A DNA stretch of 62,957 nucleotides, the filler included, from Octopus bimaculoides (lineage: Eukaryota), in assembly GCF_001194135.2 (NCBI RefSeq). It is 8 parts of 8 records of this genome, joined end to end, with 100 filler letters (N's around TTAATTAATTAA, not from the genome) between each part and the next. Parts side by side here need not be neighbours in the genome. Positions count along the whole stretch, not along the records: positions 35,966 to 55,262 come from NC_068985.1; positions 55,363 to 57,967 come from NC_069003.1; positions 58,068 to 60,888 come from NC_068990.1; positions 60,989 to 62,957 come from NC_068983.1; 4 more parts are not named here. One strand, 5' to 3'. Below, in pieces: positions 48,356 through 60,996 of this stretch (position 1 is its first letter; each line of letters starts with the position of its first letter). The position numbers were made by a program, and so were the translations under genes. The notes beneath the pieces were generated by a model. The model was not told the origin of the DNA. It worked only from the letters and a program-made list of their open reading frames with translations, and searched no databases.

Positions 48356-51300
48356 TAGGGCCATCACTAAGCCCCTGCAGTTGCAGGGGCCCCTGCGGTT
48401 GTGAGGCTCCATGTTATGATCAAAGTTATGATTGAATGAGTCATCTATTTACTTTGGTTAAGATGTTGAACAAGAATTAAACTTTCTATATTAACTGAAA
48501 ATTTCAAGAAATAAAATGGTAATATATTGTACCTGCAAAAGTTCTTGTAAAAATATTACATTGTACCACAAGCTTCCCTACCTGAATAGATTTTGTTTAC
48601 TCTGGTCCTTATTACTCACATAAACTGAAAAAGGAAACTCAGATTTGGTGTTTTGTTAATATGATCGAATTGTATGTGAATTTTAAATTTTTAATAAACA
48701 GCTGTTTTTATTAAAACCACTGAAATAGGGTGACAGGATTCTTTGGTAGCAGAATGTAAGCATCTGCTGCAACTCTCTGGAAAATCATTTGAAATGATAT
48801 TTGAAAAAAAAAAGCTCCATAAATGAACCTTTCCACGAAATGGAACAATGAGCAGAAATGAGATTAATACATGTATTGCCTTTTTAAAATTTGTATTTCA
48901 TTGCATGTTCTGTAGCTATACTCACATCCACACATTACACTTGTATTACATATCTGTATCTGTTTGTCATAACCAACTACATGTAGGCCAAAATACATAT
49001 TTATGCTTGATAAGGCCCTGAGTATTACATGTATATGTAACATTTGTAAATCTTGCATTAATCTTATGCAATAAATTTCATGATATTTTTACTGAGCACC
49101 TTGTATTTCGGATCTCAAGTGATATCGTTCCAAAAGCATGATTCTGGTGCAGAAAAATGCAATAAATGAGTGAAACTGGCAAACAACAGGAAGTGTATGG
49201 CTGGAATTATGGATCAATTTATGCTATTATATACATCAGTGCTATTACTATTAACAAATAGCAGAGAAGACAGGCAAACAGATAACGACAGAAATGCCAA
49301 GCAACAACAAATGTGTGGATGTGATGAAAATTCACAGCAGGTTATTACATTTTCATCAGTGGAGAGAAATGTGAAGGACTTATATGGTGCATGCTGTCAA
49401 CAACCTTTACCTATTGCTGAAAATATAGTTGTGCAACAGGAAACAGTCACTACCACTACTGACCCTGCATCTTGGCCAGAAACTATATCCGATGGCATAC
49501 GTACTGACATTGTGAAACTTAGAGTTGTTCAAAAGAAAAAATACAAATTTCCTAAATCAAAAGATAACCACAGATTCAATCTCAACTTCTATTCTAAGAT
49601 GCTGCCAAATGGTGAAGTGATAATTCAAACGTGGCTTGTATATTCAATTCAGCATGATGCGGTATATTGTTTCTGTTGCAAGCAGTTTGGTCACAGTAAA
49701 ATGAGACCAATGTCTGAAGGATTCAGCTGTTGCCAATATTTGAGCAAGACCTTAGAAGAACACAAGAAATTAATGGGCCACTGTCAGCTCATGATGAAAT
49801 GTAAGGAGCTTGAATTTTGCCTTAAAACAGCCTCAACTCTGGACAAACAAATGATTGCTTTAGAGGAAAAGGAGAGAGCTCATTACCATGCAGTGTCAGA
49901 ATGTATCTTGGCAATTATTTTGTTTTTAGTAGAGAGGAATATGGCCTTTCCTGGTGTTTGATCCCATTTTCACAGAACACCTGCGACGTATTCAGAATGC
50001 AGAAACAGTGGCTCATTATTTGGGACCTGATAGTCAAAATGAATTGATATCACTCATTTCTGACCACATTTTGAAAGAAATCACCGATTGGGTGAAGGCT
50101 GCTAAATACTACTACATTATACTCGATTGCACACCAGATATCAGCCATCAGGAGCAAATGACCATGAGCATCCATTTCATCAAACTTCAGAAAAACAAAG
50201 CCAAAATCAAAGAGTACTTTGTTAGGCTTTTGAAAGTTGCTGACACAACTTTTTGAATCACTCTTGCAGAAACTCGCGTCAGTGGGGCCAGATCTGATGG
50301 ATTGTGGAGGCCAAAGTTAAAATAATAGGAGTGATCATCATCATCATCATCATCGTTTAACGTCTGCTTTCCATGCTAGCATGGGTTGGACGATTTGACT
50401 GAGGACTGGTGAAACCGGATGGCAACACCAGGCTCCAATCTAATTTGGCAGAGTTTCTACAGCTGGATGCCCTTCCTAACGCCAACCACTTAGAGAGTGT
50501 AGTGGGTGCTTTTACGTGTCACCTGCACGAAGGCCAGTCAGGCGGTACTGGCAACAGCCACGCTCAAAATGGTGTCTTTTACGTGCCACCCGCACAAGAG
50601 CCAGCCCAGGGGCACTGGCAACGATGTCGCTCGAAAATCCTACGAAGGCCAGTCAGGCGGTACTGACAACGGCCACGCTCAAAATGGTGCATCTTATGTG
50701 CTACCCGCACAAGAGCCCGACCAGGGGACCTGGCAACACATCTTATAGAGTTACTACCTACTCCTTTTCTACATACTGAGCAGGGCCATCTACCTGAAGG
50801 GGTTTGTGTTTTATCTACCTTCCTACTTATTAGGATTTTGGTTTTAGCTAGGTTGACTCTAAGGCCCTTCAATTCTAGACCTTGCTTCCACACCTGAAAC
50901 TTCTCCTCTAGTTCTGATAGTGACTCCACAATTAGTGCAAGGTCATCAACATAGAGGAGCTCCCAGGGGCAACCTGTCTTGAATTCCTCTGTGATCGCCT
51001 GGAGGACTATGATAAATAGGAGGAGGCTGAGGACGGAACCTTGGTGGACCCCTACCTCTACCCGGAATTCATTATTGTACTCCTTTCCAACCCTCACCTT
51101 ACTGGCAGCATCTCTGTACATGGCTCACACAGCTCTCACTAACCATTCTTCTATCCCAAGTTTCCTCATTGACCACCAGATAAGGGATCGGGGGACCCTG
51201 TCAAAGGCTTTCTCCATGTCAACGAAAGCCAGGTACAGAGGTTTATCCTTGGCTAGGTATTTCTCCAGCAGCTGTCTTATTAGAAATATGGCATCAGTAG

Positions 51301-53133
51301 TGCTTTTTCCTGGCTTTTTCTTGATATGAAGGGAAAACATTCTAGCATCAAGCAAGACTTCTACAGAAGAATCCATGAGCATGCTATTTACCTTGCATGA
51401 ATCACAGTCTAAACCTTGTTGTGTTTGATGCAGCAAGTTCATCAGTGATGGCTGTCTCTTTCTTTGGTTACCTCCAGCATGTATATTCATTTATTGCAGC
51501 ATCAACTTCTACATGGAACACTTTGAAGAAATTCTGCTCCATCACTGTGAAATATCTATCAGACACTCACTGAGAAAGAAAAATTGGAAGCATAAAATCC
51601 CTTCGATTCAAAACCAAGGACATCTACAATACGTTGATAAGCATTCATAATACTTCAAAAAGCAAAGATGCCAAAGCTTACTCAGAAGCAAACACATTAG
51701 CTGCAGAAATTGCTTCCTTCTGCTTTCTTCTGTTGGGTAATATGGCACGATCTGCTAATTGAGATCAGCAAACTACTTCAGCATGAAAACATGCAAATTG
51801 ATGTTGCCCAAGAGATTATCTCATCCACACACACTTTGCTGTGCAGCTATTGAGAAAACGACATGTTTTTTTTGTCATCAGTAGTCAATGTCGCAACCAA
51901 ATTATGTGAACAACTGGAGACACTGGCGGAGATGCCAAGCAAAAGGAGATATCATGTGTTACACCACTTTGGATATGAAGGTGAAGATGAACCTCTTGTT
52001 GATGCTTTTTAAAATTTCGAAGTGCATTTCTTTTTTCATGCAATCAACATTGCTCTTGTCTCCCTCGATGAATGCTTTGACATGTTGAGCAAGCACAATG
52101 ACATCTTTGCATTCCTTTACATTTCTTCACTAAAACACTGGGAAAATCAGATGCTATTGGAACACTGTGCAATTGTTTCCACTGCACTAACAGTAGATGA
52201 CATTGTCAAAGCAGATATTGAGAAGACAGAGCAAGCAGAAGTGTTTTCTTCACTTTTGCATTTTCTATCACTTGAGTGCAAGAAAGTCTGTGATGTAGTC
52301 AATTATATTCAGAAATCCAGCCTTGTGGAGATTTCCCCTAATATGTTAGTGGCTTTGCGAATTATCCTCTCAATGCCTATGAGTGTTGCAAGTGGAGAGT
52401 GCAGTTTCTCCAAATTAAAGTTGATTAAATCAGTGCTATTCAAAATGGTGATCTGCGGACTGGTGCCAGTCTGTGAGCCATCAGCTGCCGGTACGTAACG
52501 AGTTTCCAGAAAAGAAACATTATAAAATCCTTATGTAATATTGTATTATTTGTTTACAAAATGAATATAAGATTTAAAAAATTGTCAACTTTTATTATAT
52601 TCATTATATATATTTTTTCCAGCATAAATTAATATTACTAAGAAATATTACTGGTCCCTGGCATACTGGAAAAAAAAACAAAAAAACTGCCAGTACACTA
52701 CATCAGATAGTTTGAGAAGCATTGGATTAAATCATACCTGTGATCCACTATGGCATAGGAAAGACTTTGTGGATTGTCTATGATATCTATTGAACATGAA
52801 CTTAGCTCTCAGCTCAATTATTCTGGACTGATCAATGGTTTCATGAAGCAAAAAGTGTGCCGTATTTGTCTTTGAAAGTTGCCTGGATTATAAAAGTGTT
52901 CTTTTATTCATATCTGGAAGTTTTACTTATTAAAATTTGTAATAGACTTAAATAAATTTAACTTGTACTTTCAATGATGTTCTTTAGGATAACATGAAAT
53001 ATTGAACTTCAGATAGAATAAAGTAAAATATAGCTTTGAATAAAAGGTGCGTAGATTATGAATTTTGATTGAAGGGATGGGGCCTTGAAACAAAAAGTTG
53101 CAGGGGATTTCTAAAGGTTACGCAACAGCCCTG
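48356..53133 (+). mobile_element. hAT DNA transposon (ZMYM1/DUF4371-type transposase), degenerate, in a CFAP44 intron
   Basis: TIRs TAGGGCCATCAC / CAGGGCTGTTGC (reverse complement); 8-bp TSD gctaccac/gttacccc (6/8). ORF pieces: WLVYS..DAVYCFCCKQF (TTF zinc finger), IILDCTPDISHQEQM, C..HSLNLVV and SVASGECSFSKLKLIK (dimerisation domain). Confidence 0.88.
50334..51314 (-). mobile_element. 5'-truncated RTE copy nested in the hAT transposase
   Basis: Homologous to 39210-41070, with an internal deletion of about 1 kb and a ~115-bp tandem duplication; (CAT)n tail at 50334. Confidence 0.9.
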
Positions 53134-53179
53134 GTTACCCCATATAGTGTAATATTTTAGCAATAAATTATTCTTTTCT

Positions 53180-53385
53180 ACTCTAGGCACAAGGCCCGAA
53201 ATTTTTAGGGTGGAAGCTAGTCGATTAGATCAACCCCAGTATGCAGCTGGTACTTAATTTATCAACCCCAAAGGGATGAAAGGCAAAGTCAACCTTGGCA
53301 TAATTTGAACTCAGAATGTAAAGACAGACTAAATACCACTAAGCGTTTTGCCTGGCATGCTAACGTTTCGACCAGCTTGCTGCCA
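53180..53385 (-). mobile_element. SINE family C, diverged
   Basis: Similarity to 16740-16958. Confidence 0.75.
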
Positions 53386-53761
53386 TTTTAATAATAAATT
53401 ATTGCATGAATTTAAGTATCTAAGGAGTGAAACATACAATTTCTTGTAAGTTAGACTGCCTCATGACCCCAGCAGACAAAATGGAAAAGGAATTGCCCAA
53501 GAGGATGAAGAGGGAGATTCAAATTTATCTATTTCTTCATGACATACACAAATATGTTTGTGAGGAAAGGCAAAAGTACATGATAAAGTTAACAAGATAT
53601 GTTTTGATTAATTTTTCTTGCAACTTAATTCCAAGAGTGTAAATAAGTTCTGTTATGTATATATTATTCTATTGATTGTTATTTATGCTATATTTAAATT
53701 CTTGGACAAATAAACCATGTGTTTCACATGTACTAGTTTTATTTCATTTCGTTACTTTCAG

Positions 53762-53901
53762 CTTCATCCCAAAAAAACATTCTGTGCCGTTGGAGAAAAA
53801 CAAAATTTTCCAAATTTAAATATCTTCGAAGTCCCATCATTCAAACTGTATCGTATTTTAAGAGAGGGAACCACACATCTGTACAGCTTTTTAGATTTCA
53901 G
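53762..53901 (+). CDS. CFAP44: CFAP44 exon: LHPKKTFCAVGEKQNFPNLNIFEVPSFKLYRILREGTTHLYSFLDF
   Basis: tactttcag| ... AG|gtcagt, phase 0/2. Matches the CFAP44 VHP.KTYF.VAEKG.FP.I.IYEYPSL..YR.LR.GT segment. Confidence 0.9.
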
Positions 53902-54014
53902 GTCAGTCCCTTTCTGTTGTGATTCCTTGTGATCAGTTTGGTAAGAAAATATTGGGTTGGCTGATTTAAAAAAAAAAAATTAAAATGATGAAACTATGTT
54001 CAGCATAGGTACAG

Positions 54015-54450
54015 TTTTGGGGTGTATGGTAAGAATTTTGCTTCCCAACCATATGGTTACTGAGTTCAGTCCCACTGTGTGACACCATGAACAGGTGTCT
54101 TCTATTATAGCCATGGGTTGACCAATGCCTCGCAAATGGATTTGGTACACAAAAACTGAAAGAAGCCCATCGTGTGTGTGTGCACGCACACATGCATGAG
54201 CACATGTGTGCATGTGTGTGTGTATGCATTTGTGTATGCGTATGTTTGTCTCCCACCGCCACTTGAAAACTGGTTTTGATTTGTTTACATCCTCATAACT
54301 TTGCAGTTCAATAAAAAGTGATTAATAGAATAAGTACCTAGCCGTAAACAACAACAAAACAAAAGCACTAAAGTCAATTTGTTCAACTAAAGCCCTCCAA
54401 GATGGTGTACCAGCATGGCTGCAGTCCAAAGACTGAGACAAGCAAAAGAT
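54015..54450 (+). mobile_element. SINE family A, diverged full length
   Basis: Collinear with 1017-1421. Confidence 0.8.
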
Positions 54451-54783
54451 AAAGGATAGTTGTTTCTAATTTCATTTGGTAATGGCAAAGTCATCAGGGT
54501 GTTGAACGATAACCTGAAGGTTCGACTCTAATGTGTTTCTAAAATTCATTAGAGGACAATTAGGTTAGTGATTTAAAATCCAGACACAGCACTAGAGAGA
54601 ACTCATGACTAAAGTGCTTCGCTCTTGCCAACTCAGTTCACTAATTTGTAAATATGTATTATGTTGGGTGAAAATATGTGGGCCAGTGGCTAGCAGTGTT
54701 TGTGGATTCAATTACTGAAGCAGGAAGCATGTTGTGTCCTTGAGCAAGGCACTGAATTTCATGTCACTTTGGGCTACCCAGCT

Positions 54784-55262
54784 GTGTGCCAGTCATCGAA
54801 TATGGTTCAATTACGATTTCAATTTCGTTTTAGATTTCACTTGCCCCGACAGGTCTTCGCAAGCAGAGTTTAGTGTCCAATGAAGTAAAGATACGAATGA
54901 GTAAGCTGGCTACACTCCTGGCAGAGGCCACAGATTATGGTCTCATTTGGCTTGCTGGGTCTTCTCATGCACTACATATTTCCAAAGGTCCCGGTCACTA
55001 GTCATTACCTCAGTGAGGCAGTCATTGCCTTGGTCAGGCTGTATATATATGTGTATATATTTAGATATATATATATATATATATATCTTTATATATATAT
55101 CATCATCATCATCATCATCGTTTAACGTCCGCTTTCCATGCTAGCATGGGTTGGACGACTTGACTGAGGACTGGTGAAACCAGATGGCAACACCAGGCTC
55201 CAATCTAAAATTTGGCAGAGTTTCTACAGCTGGATGCCCTTCCTCACGCCAACCACTCAGAG
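54784..55262 (-). mobile_element. Two RTE 3' fragments
   Basis: 54784-55020 matches 39640-39860; 55101-55262 matches the 39210-39365 tail. Confidence 0.8.
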
Positions 55263-55995
55263 NNNNNNNNNNNNNNNNNNNNNNNNNNNNNNNNNNNNNN
55301 NNNNNNTTAATTAATTAANNNNNNNNNNNNNNNNNNNNNNNNNNNNNNNNNNNNNNNNNNNNTATATATATATATATATATATATACATGGATGTACATA
55401 CACATATATACCTATATATGAATCTATGTCTACATATATTTTTTACTTATATGTATATTCATATATATATATACACATACACACACACACACACATATAT
55501 ATATATGCATACACACACATATACATACATATATGCGCATGTCTATGAGTAACGAGCTAAGATAAATGAGAGTGGATAAAACGATGAATTCGGACAACAC
55601 AAATGAATAAATGTATATTAAATACCAAACAAGATAAATTCTTGATTTGCTGAAATGAAGTTCGTTTCAAGAGAAAGCATACAAATACCTAGTGGCAAAT
55701 GCAGCTGATCTCAAATAAGAAGAGAATATGTTCTGATGAAACAAGAACTCTCCGTAACTGACACACAAACACACACACACAATGATATGTAATTGTAAGA
55801 TCTCAGGATCTTGGTGCAGAAAGTTCGTGAGCTTCGAGAAGCCTGTAGTAGGCATAAAAACAGGTTTCAGGAACAATAATAGTTTACTGACGTAGAAGGT
55901 TGTAAGTTTTTCCCATATCGAAGATCGATAAGCTGAAAGGATTTTTTTTTATAATTCACGGTTAGCAACCAGGTTTATTATGAATGCGAATAAAA

Positions 55996-56460
55996 ATCCA
56001 AACTGAAGGAATGGAGCAGGTTAAATCCAGGCTACATATGTTTGCCAAATAGCAAATCCTTTGGTGTAATAATCACTCAACGAAGGTTACCCCACTAGCT
56101 ACTCATCAGGTCGAAGATACCTTTGATAAATGAATGTTACGTTGTCGTCAAGAGATCCCATGTTAGCACGCTGGAGATGTAATCTAAAATGAGTGGTGAA
56201 GTCGGAAGAACGGAGCGATAAAGCAAAATAGAAAACATTTATATGAAGACGTTTTGTTTTTTCACTCTGTACTTCCGTTCATTTTAAATTACATCTCCGG
56301 CGAATTAACTTTTGATGTAACCTTCATTTAACTAAGGAATTCTCGGCCTGAAGAGTAGCTAGTAGAGTATCTCAATTTGAGTAATCACTACCTCCGAGGT
56401 TCTGCTAGCTTGGAAACATATATAACTTGGATTTTACCTGTTTCATTCCTCCAATTTGGA
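55996..56460. mobile_element. Inverted pair of ~200-bp Penelope-type units, each with a degenerate hammerhead
   Basis: 55996-56195 (minus) is homologous to 56278-56460 (plus). Cores are CTGATGA at 56103-56109 (minus) and CTGAAGA at 56348-56354. Confidence 0.55.
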
Positions 56461-56497
56461 TACATGTGTGTGTGTGTGTGTGTGTGTGTACAGATAT

Positions 56498-57271
56498 ACT
56501 GACAGGGACTATAATTGCCCGAATACACCGATCAAGAATTCCTTATACTGACCGGTCAGTTTCGCCAATTTCCGTTGCCTCATCAGTAAGGACTGGTTCG
56601 ACTTCGGTAGATTCCGGACTGAATTTTCTGTCAGTATCTATGTTTTTACCATAATAATCTATGGATGATTTAGCGAATCGCTAACGTGTATACAGAAAAT
56701 TGCAATAGACAGCAGTGTGCAATGTTTTGCCAAAACGGAAGACTATAAATGTCACTAAATATGACTAGAGTGTTATAAACACCTACGTTGCTAGAAATAA
56801 GAGCTAAAATGTTCTAATGCTTTAGTCAAAGCACATAATTATGTACATATATACAGACAGGGACTATAATCTCCTGAGACATTTATAGTTTTCTTTTATG
56901 GTAAAACATTGCACACTGCTGTCTATTGCAATTTTCTGTATACACGTTAGCGACTCGCTAAATCATCCATTGATTATTATGGTGAAAACATATACTGACA
57001 GAGAATTCAGTCCGGAATCTGCCGAAGTCGAACCAGTCCTTACAGGTGAGGCAACGGAAATTGCCGAAACTGACCGGTCAGTATAAGGAATTCTTGATCA
57101 GTATATTCGGGCGATTATAATCCCTGTCAGACTATATGTATACAATTATGTGCTTTGACTACAGCATTAGAGCATTTTAGCTCTTATTTCTAGCAATGTA
57201 GGTGTTTGTAACACCCTAGTCATATGTAGTAACAATTATAGTAGTCCTTCTTCATAAAACATTACACACTG
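56498..57271. repeat. 355-bp repeat unit arranged as a permuted inverted duplication
   Basis: GACAGGGACTATAAT at 56501 and 56856; 56871-57271 is the reverse complement of a circularly permuted unit. Confidence 0.85.
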
Positions 57272-57302
<31 letters not shown>

Positions 57303-57310
57303 TATATATA

Positions 57311-57341
<31 letters not shown>

Positions 57342-57747
57342 GTGTGTGTGTGTGTTTATGTGATTTGAAGGCAGTGTAACCCTAATGATTTGATGTCACG
57401 CTTGCATTACGATGTACAGACACAAGCACAAGGGCGTGCATAAACACGCACAGGCACACACACATACACACATACACACAAAAGCAACACAAACACCCAC
57501 CCACGCGTAAATGCATACGCCCCTCCACGCATAATAACATCCCCACCTCACACAAAAGACATTAATATTGCCTCTCCAACTGAAGCGTAAGACTCAGCGA
57601 ACATCAGTGAGCGGTTGGTAAGTAGACTAAATCTTCTTAATATCTTTGAGGATTCCTTTTAAATCTCGAAGATGTCTCTTAGCGGTTCTCCTTACTTGTA
57701 GAATTAACTTCAACTACATGTTGTCTGTCAGTCACGTTTCTTGAGAA

Positions 57748-57967
<220 letters not shown>

Positions 57968-58754
57968 NNNNNNNNNNNNNNNNNNNNNNNNNNNNNNNNN
58001 NNNNNNNNNNNTTAATTAATTAANNNNNNNNNNNNNNNNNNNNNNNNNNNNNNNNNNNNNNNNNNNNCTTACGTCCCCGTAACGTAGCAGTTCGGCAAAA
58101 TTAACTGATAGTATAAGTACTAGACTTAACAAAACATAAGTACTAGGGTCGGTTCATTCGACTAAAAACACTTCAAACCGGTCCCCAGCATGGCCACAAT
58201 CTAATGACTGAAACAAGTAAAAGATAAAAGAGGATAAATATTCTTTATGTTGCATGTCTCGTTTCTCTGTTTTTTTCGTTGTTCGAAAAAAAGTTCGTTT
58301 TCTGTCTTCGTCTTTATGTTTTCGTTTCTCATTGTGTTTAACGTTTTTTGTGATGTCCTGTACCCATACATGCATGCATGTATACATATAGATGTAGGTA
58401 TGTACATATATGTATGGATATATGCATATATTTGTATATTATTTATGTTGTTATTATATATATATAATACAAAGAATATATATGCATGTATACACACATA
58501 TATGTACATACTTACATCTACATGTGTATATAGATGCATATCAGGGTACAGCAGGTTAGAACAATGAACTGCAGACAACGGAACGAACACATAGGAAAAC
58601 AGATAGCCACTTGGAATTAATCCTTCGTCAGCTGCCTCTATTCTAACTAGACGTTTCGCAGATAAGGCAGAACATGCATGTATACATACACACATACACA
58701 CGTACATTCACAAATATAGCTACTTATGCAGATATATATGTATGTACATATGAA

Positions 58755-59000
58755 GGCACGTGGCTTTGTAGTTAGGCTTTTGCACTCAAGATCACTAGAT
58801 CGTGGGTTCGATTCTTAGATCGGACGACGCGTTGTGCTCTTGAGCAAAACACTTTCTTTCACGTTACTCTAGTCCTCTTATCGACCGTGGAGGGGTTTGG
58901 ATGTTGGCCTGCTTGCCTAGCCAGAGGGGTGGCGTCATTCGAAGGTAAAACGATGCAAAAGCGCATTATGACCAGCGATGTGTAACAACATCGGATAGTG
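58755..59000 (+). mobile_element. tRNA-headed SINE of another subfamily
   Basis: GGCACGTGGCT...GGGTTCGATTC head; a similar head occurs at 21188. Confidence 0.6.
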
Positions 59001-59386
59001 ATCCCTTGATATGTACATATATATACATACATAGAAGAATCGATGTATGCATACATACACACACGCATACACATACACCTCACCTACCCACATGTATGTA
59101 TGTATGTATGTATGTGTGTATGTATGTATGTATGTATGTATGTTTGTATGTATGTATGGACGTACGTATGTATGTATGTGCAGATGTGTATGATTTCTCA
59201 TGCATATCGTTGCATATCTAGACATTCTCATATATATTTAAATGGCAAGTTCTACAGATTTTTACAATTCCAGTGATCGATTGGTTCTATGTATGTATGT
59301 ATGTACGTATGTATGTATGTATGTATGTATGTATGTATGTATGTGTGTGTGTGTGTGTGCATGCGCACGCGTGTATATATCTACTA

Positions 59387-60050
59387 CATTTGTGGAAAAT
59401 CGGTGTGTGTTTGTTTGTGGCGTTGTTAGCTAACTCCTCCTACATCATTTTATTGATTTTGATGAAACTTGACAGATGAGTAGAACTCATGTCTGGAAAC
59501 GCGTGACTTACTTAGATTGTTGAAAAAGAAAAGATAATACGGCCCTGGAAGGGATCTTTATATCTACCTCATATAACTAATCTTTTTTAAACACCCAAGG
59601 GAAATAACCCATAGTATCTGTACAATATTTTTTCTAAACACTCAATGGAAATAACCCATAGTACCTGCATTTGCAGTTATTAGATTTTAGTGAAGCGATC
59701 AGTATTTGATTCTCACGATCAGCGGACCGAATTCTGCATTTCACGACTCACAGTTTTCAACTGCTAAACCTTATTATTGCACTTTTTTTATGCATTTACA
59801 CTATTAATGCCAATAACTCCGACAATTCTGCATTTTTCCAGTTAAAATTTTCCGATGACAGTACATAAATTTTTGATTCCAGATTCAGTGGACCGAATTC
59901 TGCATTTCACGACTCAGTTTTCAACTGCTAAATCTTATTATTGCACTTTCTTGATGCACTTTCAATGCCCATAACTCTGATAATTCTGCATTTTCAAGTT
60001 AAAACTTTTCGATGACACTACATAAATTTTTGATTCCAGAATGTATTTAA
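59387..60050 (+). mobile_element. Possible Helitron/Helentron-type non-autonomous element with internal tandem repeats
   Basis: a|TCTACTAC start, GTTT microsatellite, GATTTTGATGAAACTTG core; ~167-bp tandem (59720/59887) and ~56-bp duplication (59590/59636). No clear 3' end. Confidence 0.35.
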
Positions 60051-60273
60051 TAAGTGTGTCCCAATACAATGAACTCATACTTTAAATGCTTAAAATTTTT
60101 AAAAAAATGAAACCAAATTTCCACACCACATTCAACTGGGACACCCTATATCAATACTTATTTTACAAATCATAATATTTATAATGAATAGGTCTGTATG
60201 TCCAGGTTCAACAAAAAGAGTACTCCATCTAACGAGAGTTAATATTGATTTCTATGACCACCTCACATGTAAG

Positions 60274-60888
60274 TAGAGCCGTCGCTAAGCCCCTGCAACC
60301 CTTGCAGTCGCAGGGGGCTTCCGCGGTTGAGGGGCCCCATGTTAAGATCAAAGTACGTAGATGAGTCATTTATTTACTTTGGTTAGGATGTTGAACAAGA
60401 ATTAAACTATGTTAAATGAAAATTTCAAGAAATAAAAGGGTAATACATTTTACCTGCAAAAGTTCTTGTAAAAATATTACATTGTACCACGAACGTGTAC
60501 CAGACTTTGTGGATTGTCTATGATATCTATTGGACATGAACTTATAAGATCTGTTTCCTTATATGCTATCCAATCCTAAATCTTAGCTTGATTATTCTAA
60601 ACTGATCGATGATTTCGCAAAGCGAAAAGTGCGCCGTGTTTGTCCTTGAAAGTTGCCTGGATTATAAAAGTGCTCTTTTATTCATATCTGGAAGTTTTAC
60701 TTATTGAAATTTGTAATAGGTATAAAGAAAGTTAACTTGTACTTTTAAATATGTTCTTTAGAATATCACGAAATATTGAACTTCAGATAGAATAAAGAAA
60801 AATATAGTTATGAATAAAGGGTGAGTAGATTATGAATTTTTATTGAAGGGATGGGGCCTCGAAGCAAAATTTTGCAGCGGGGCTCTAA
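60274..60888 (+). mobile_element. Internally deleted (MITE-like) relative of the 48356-53133 hAT
   Basis: 60274-60490 matches 48356-48570; 60500-60888 matches about 52762-53120; the right TIR runs into a gap. Confidence 0.85.
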
Positions 60889-60996
60889 NNNNNNNNNNNN
60901 NNNNNNNNNNNNNNNNNNNNNNNNNNNNNNNNTTAATTAATTAANNNNNNNNNNNNNNNNNNNNNNNNNNNNNNNNNNNNNNNNNNNNTATAGATA

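Noticed and set aside
58560-58680. Minus-strand GAAACGTC ... CTGACGA motifs resembling a hammerhead
   Set aside because: Neither a type I nor a type II arrangement gives consistent stems I and II.
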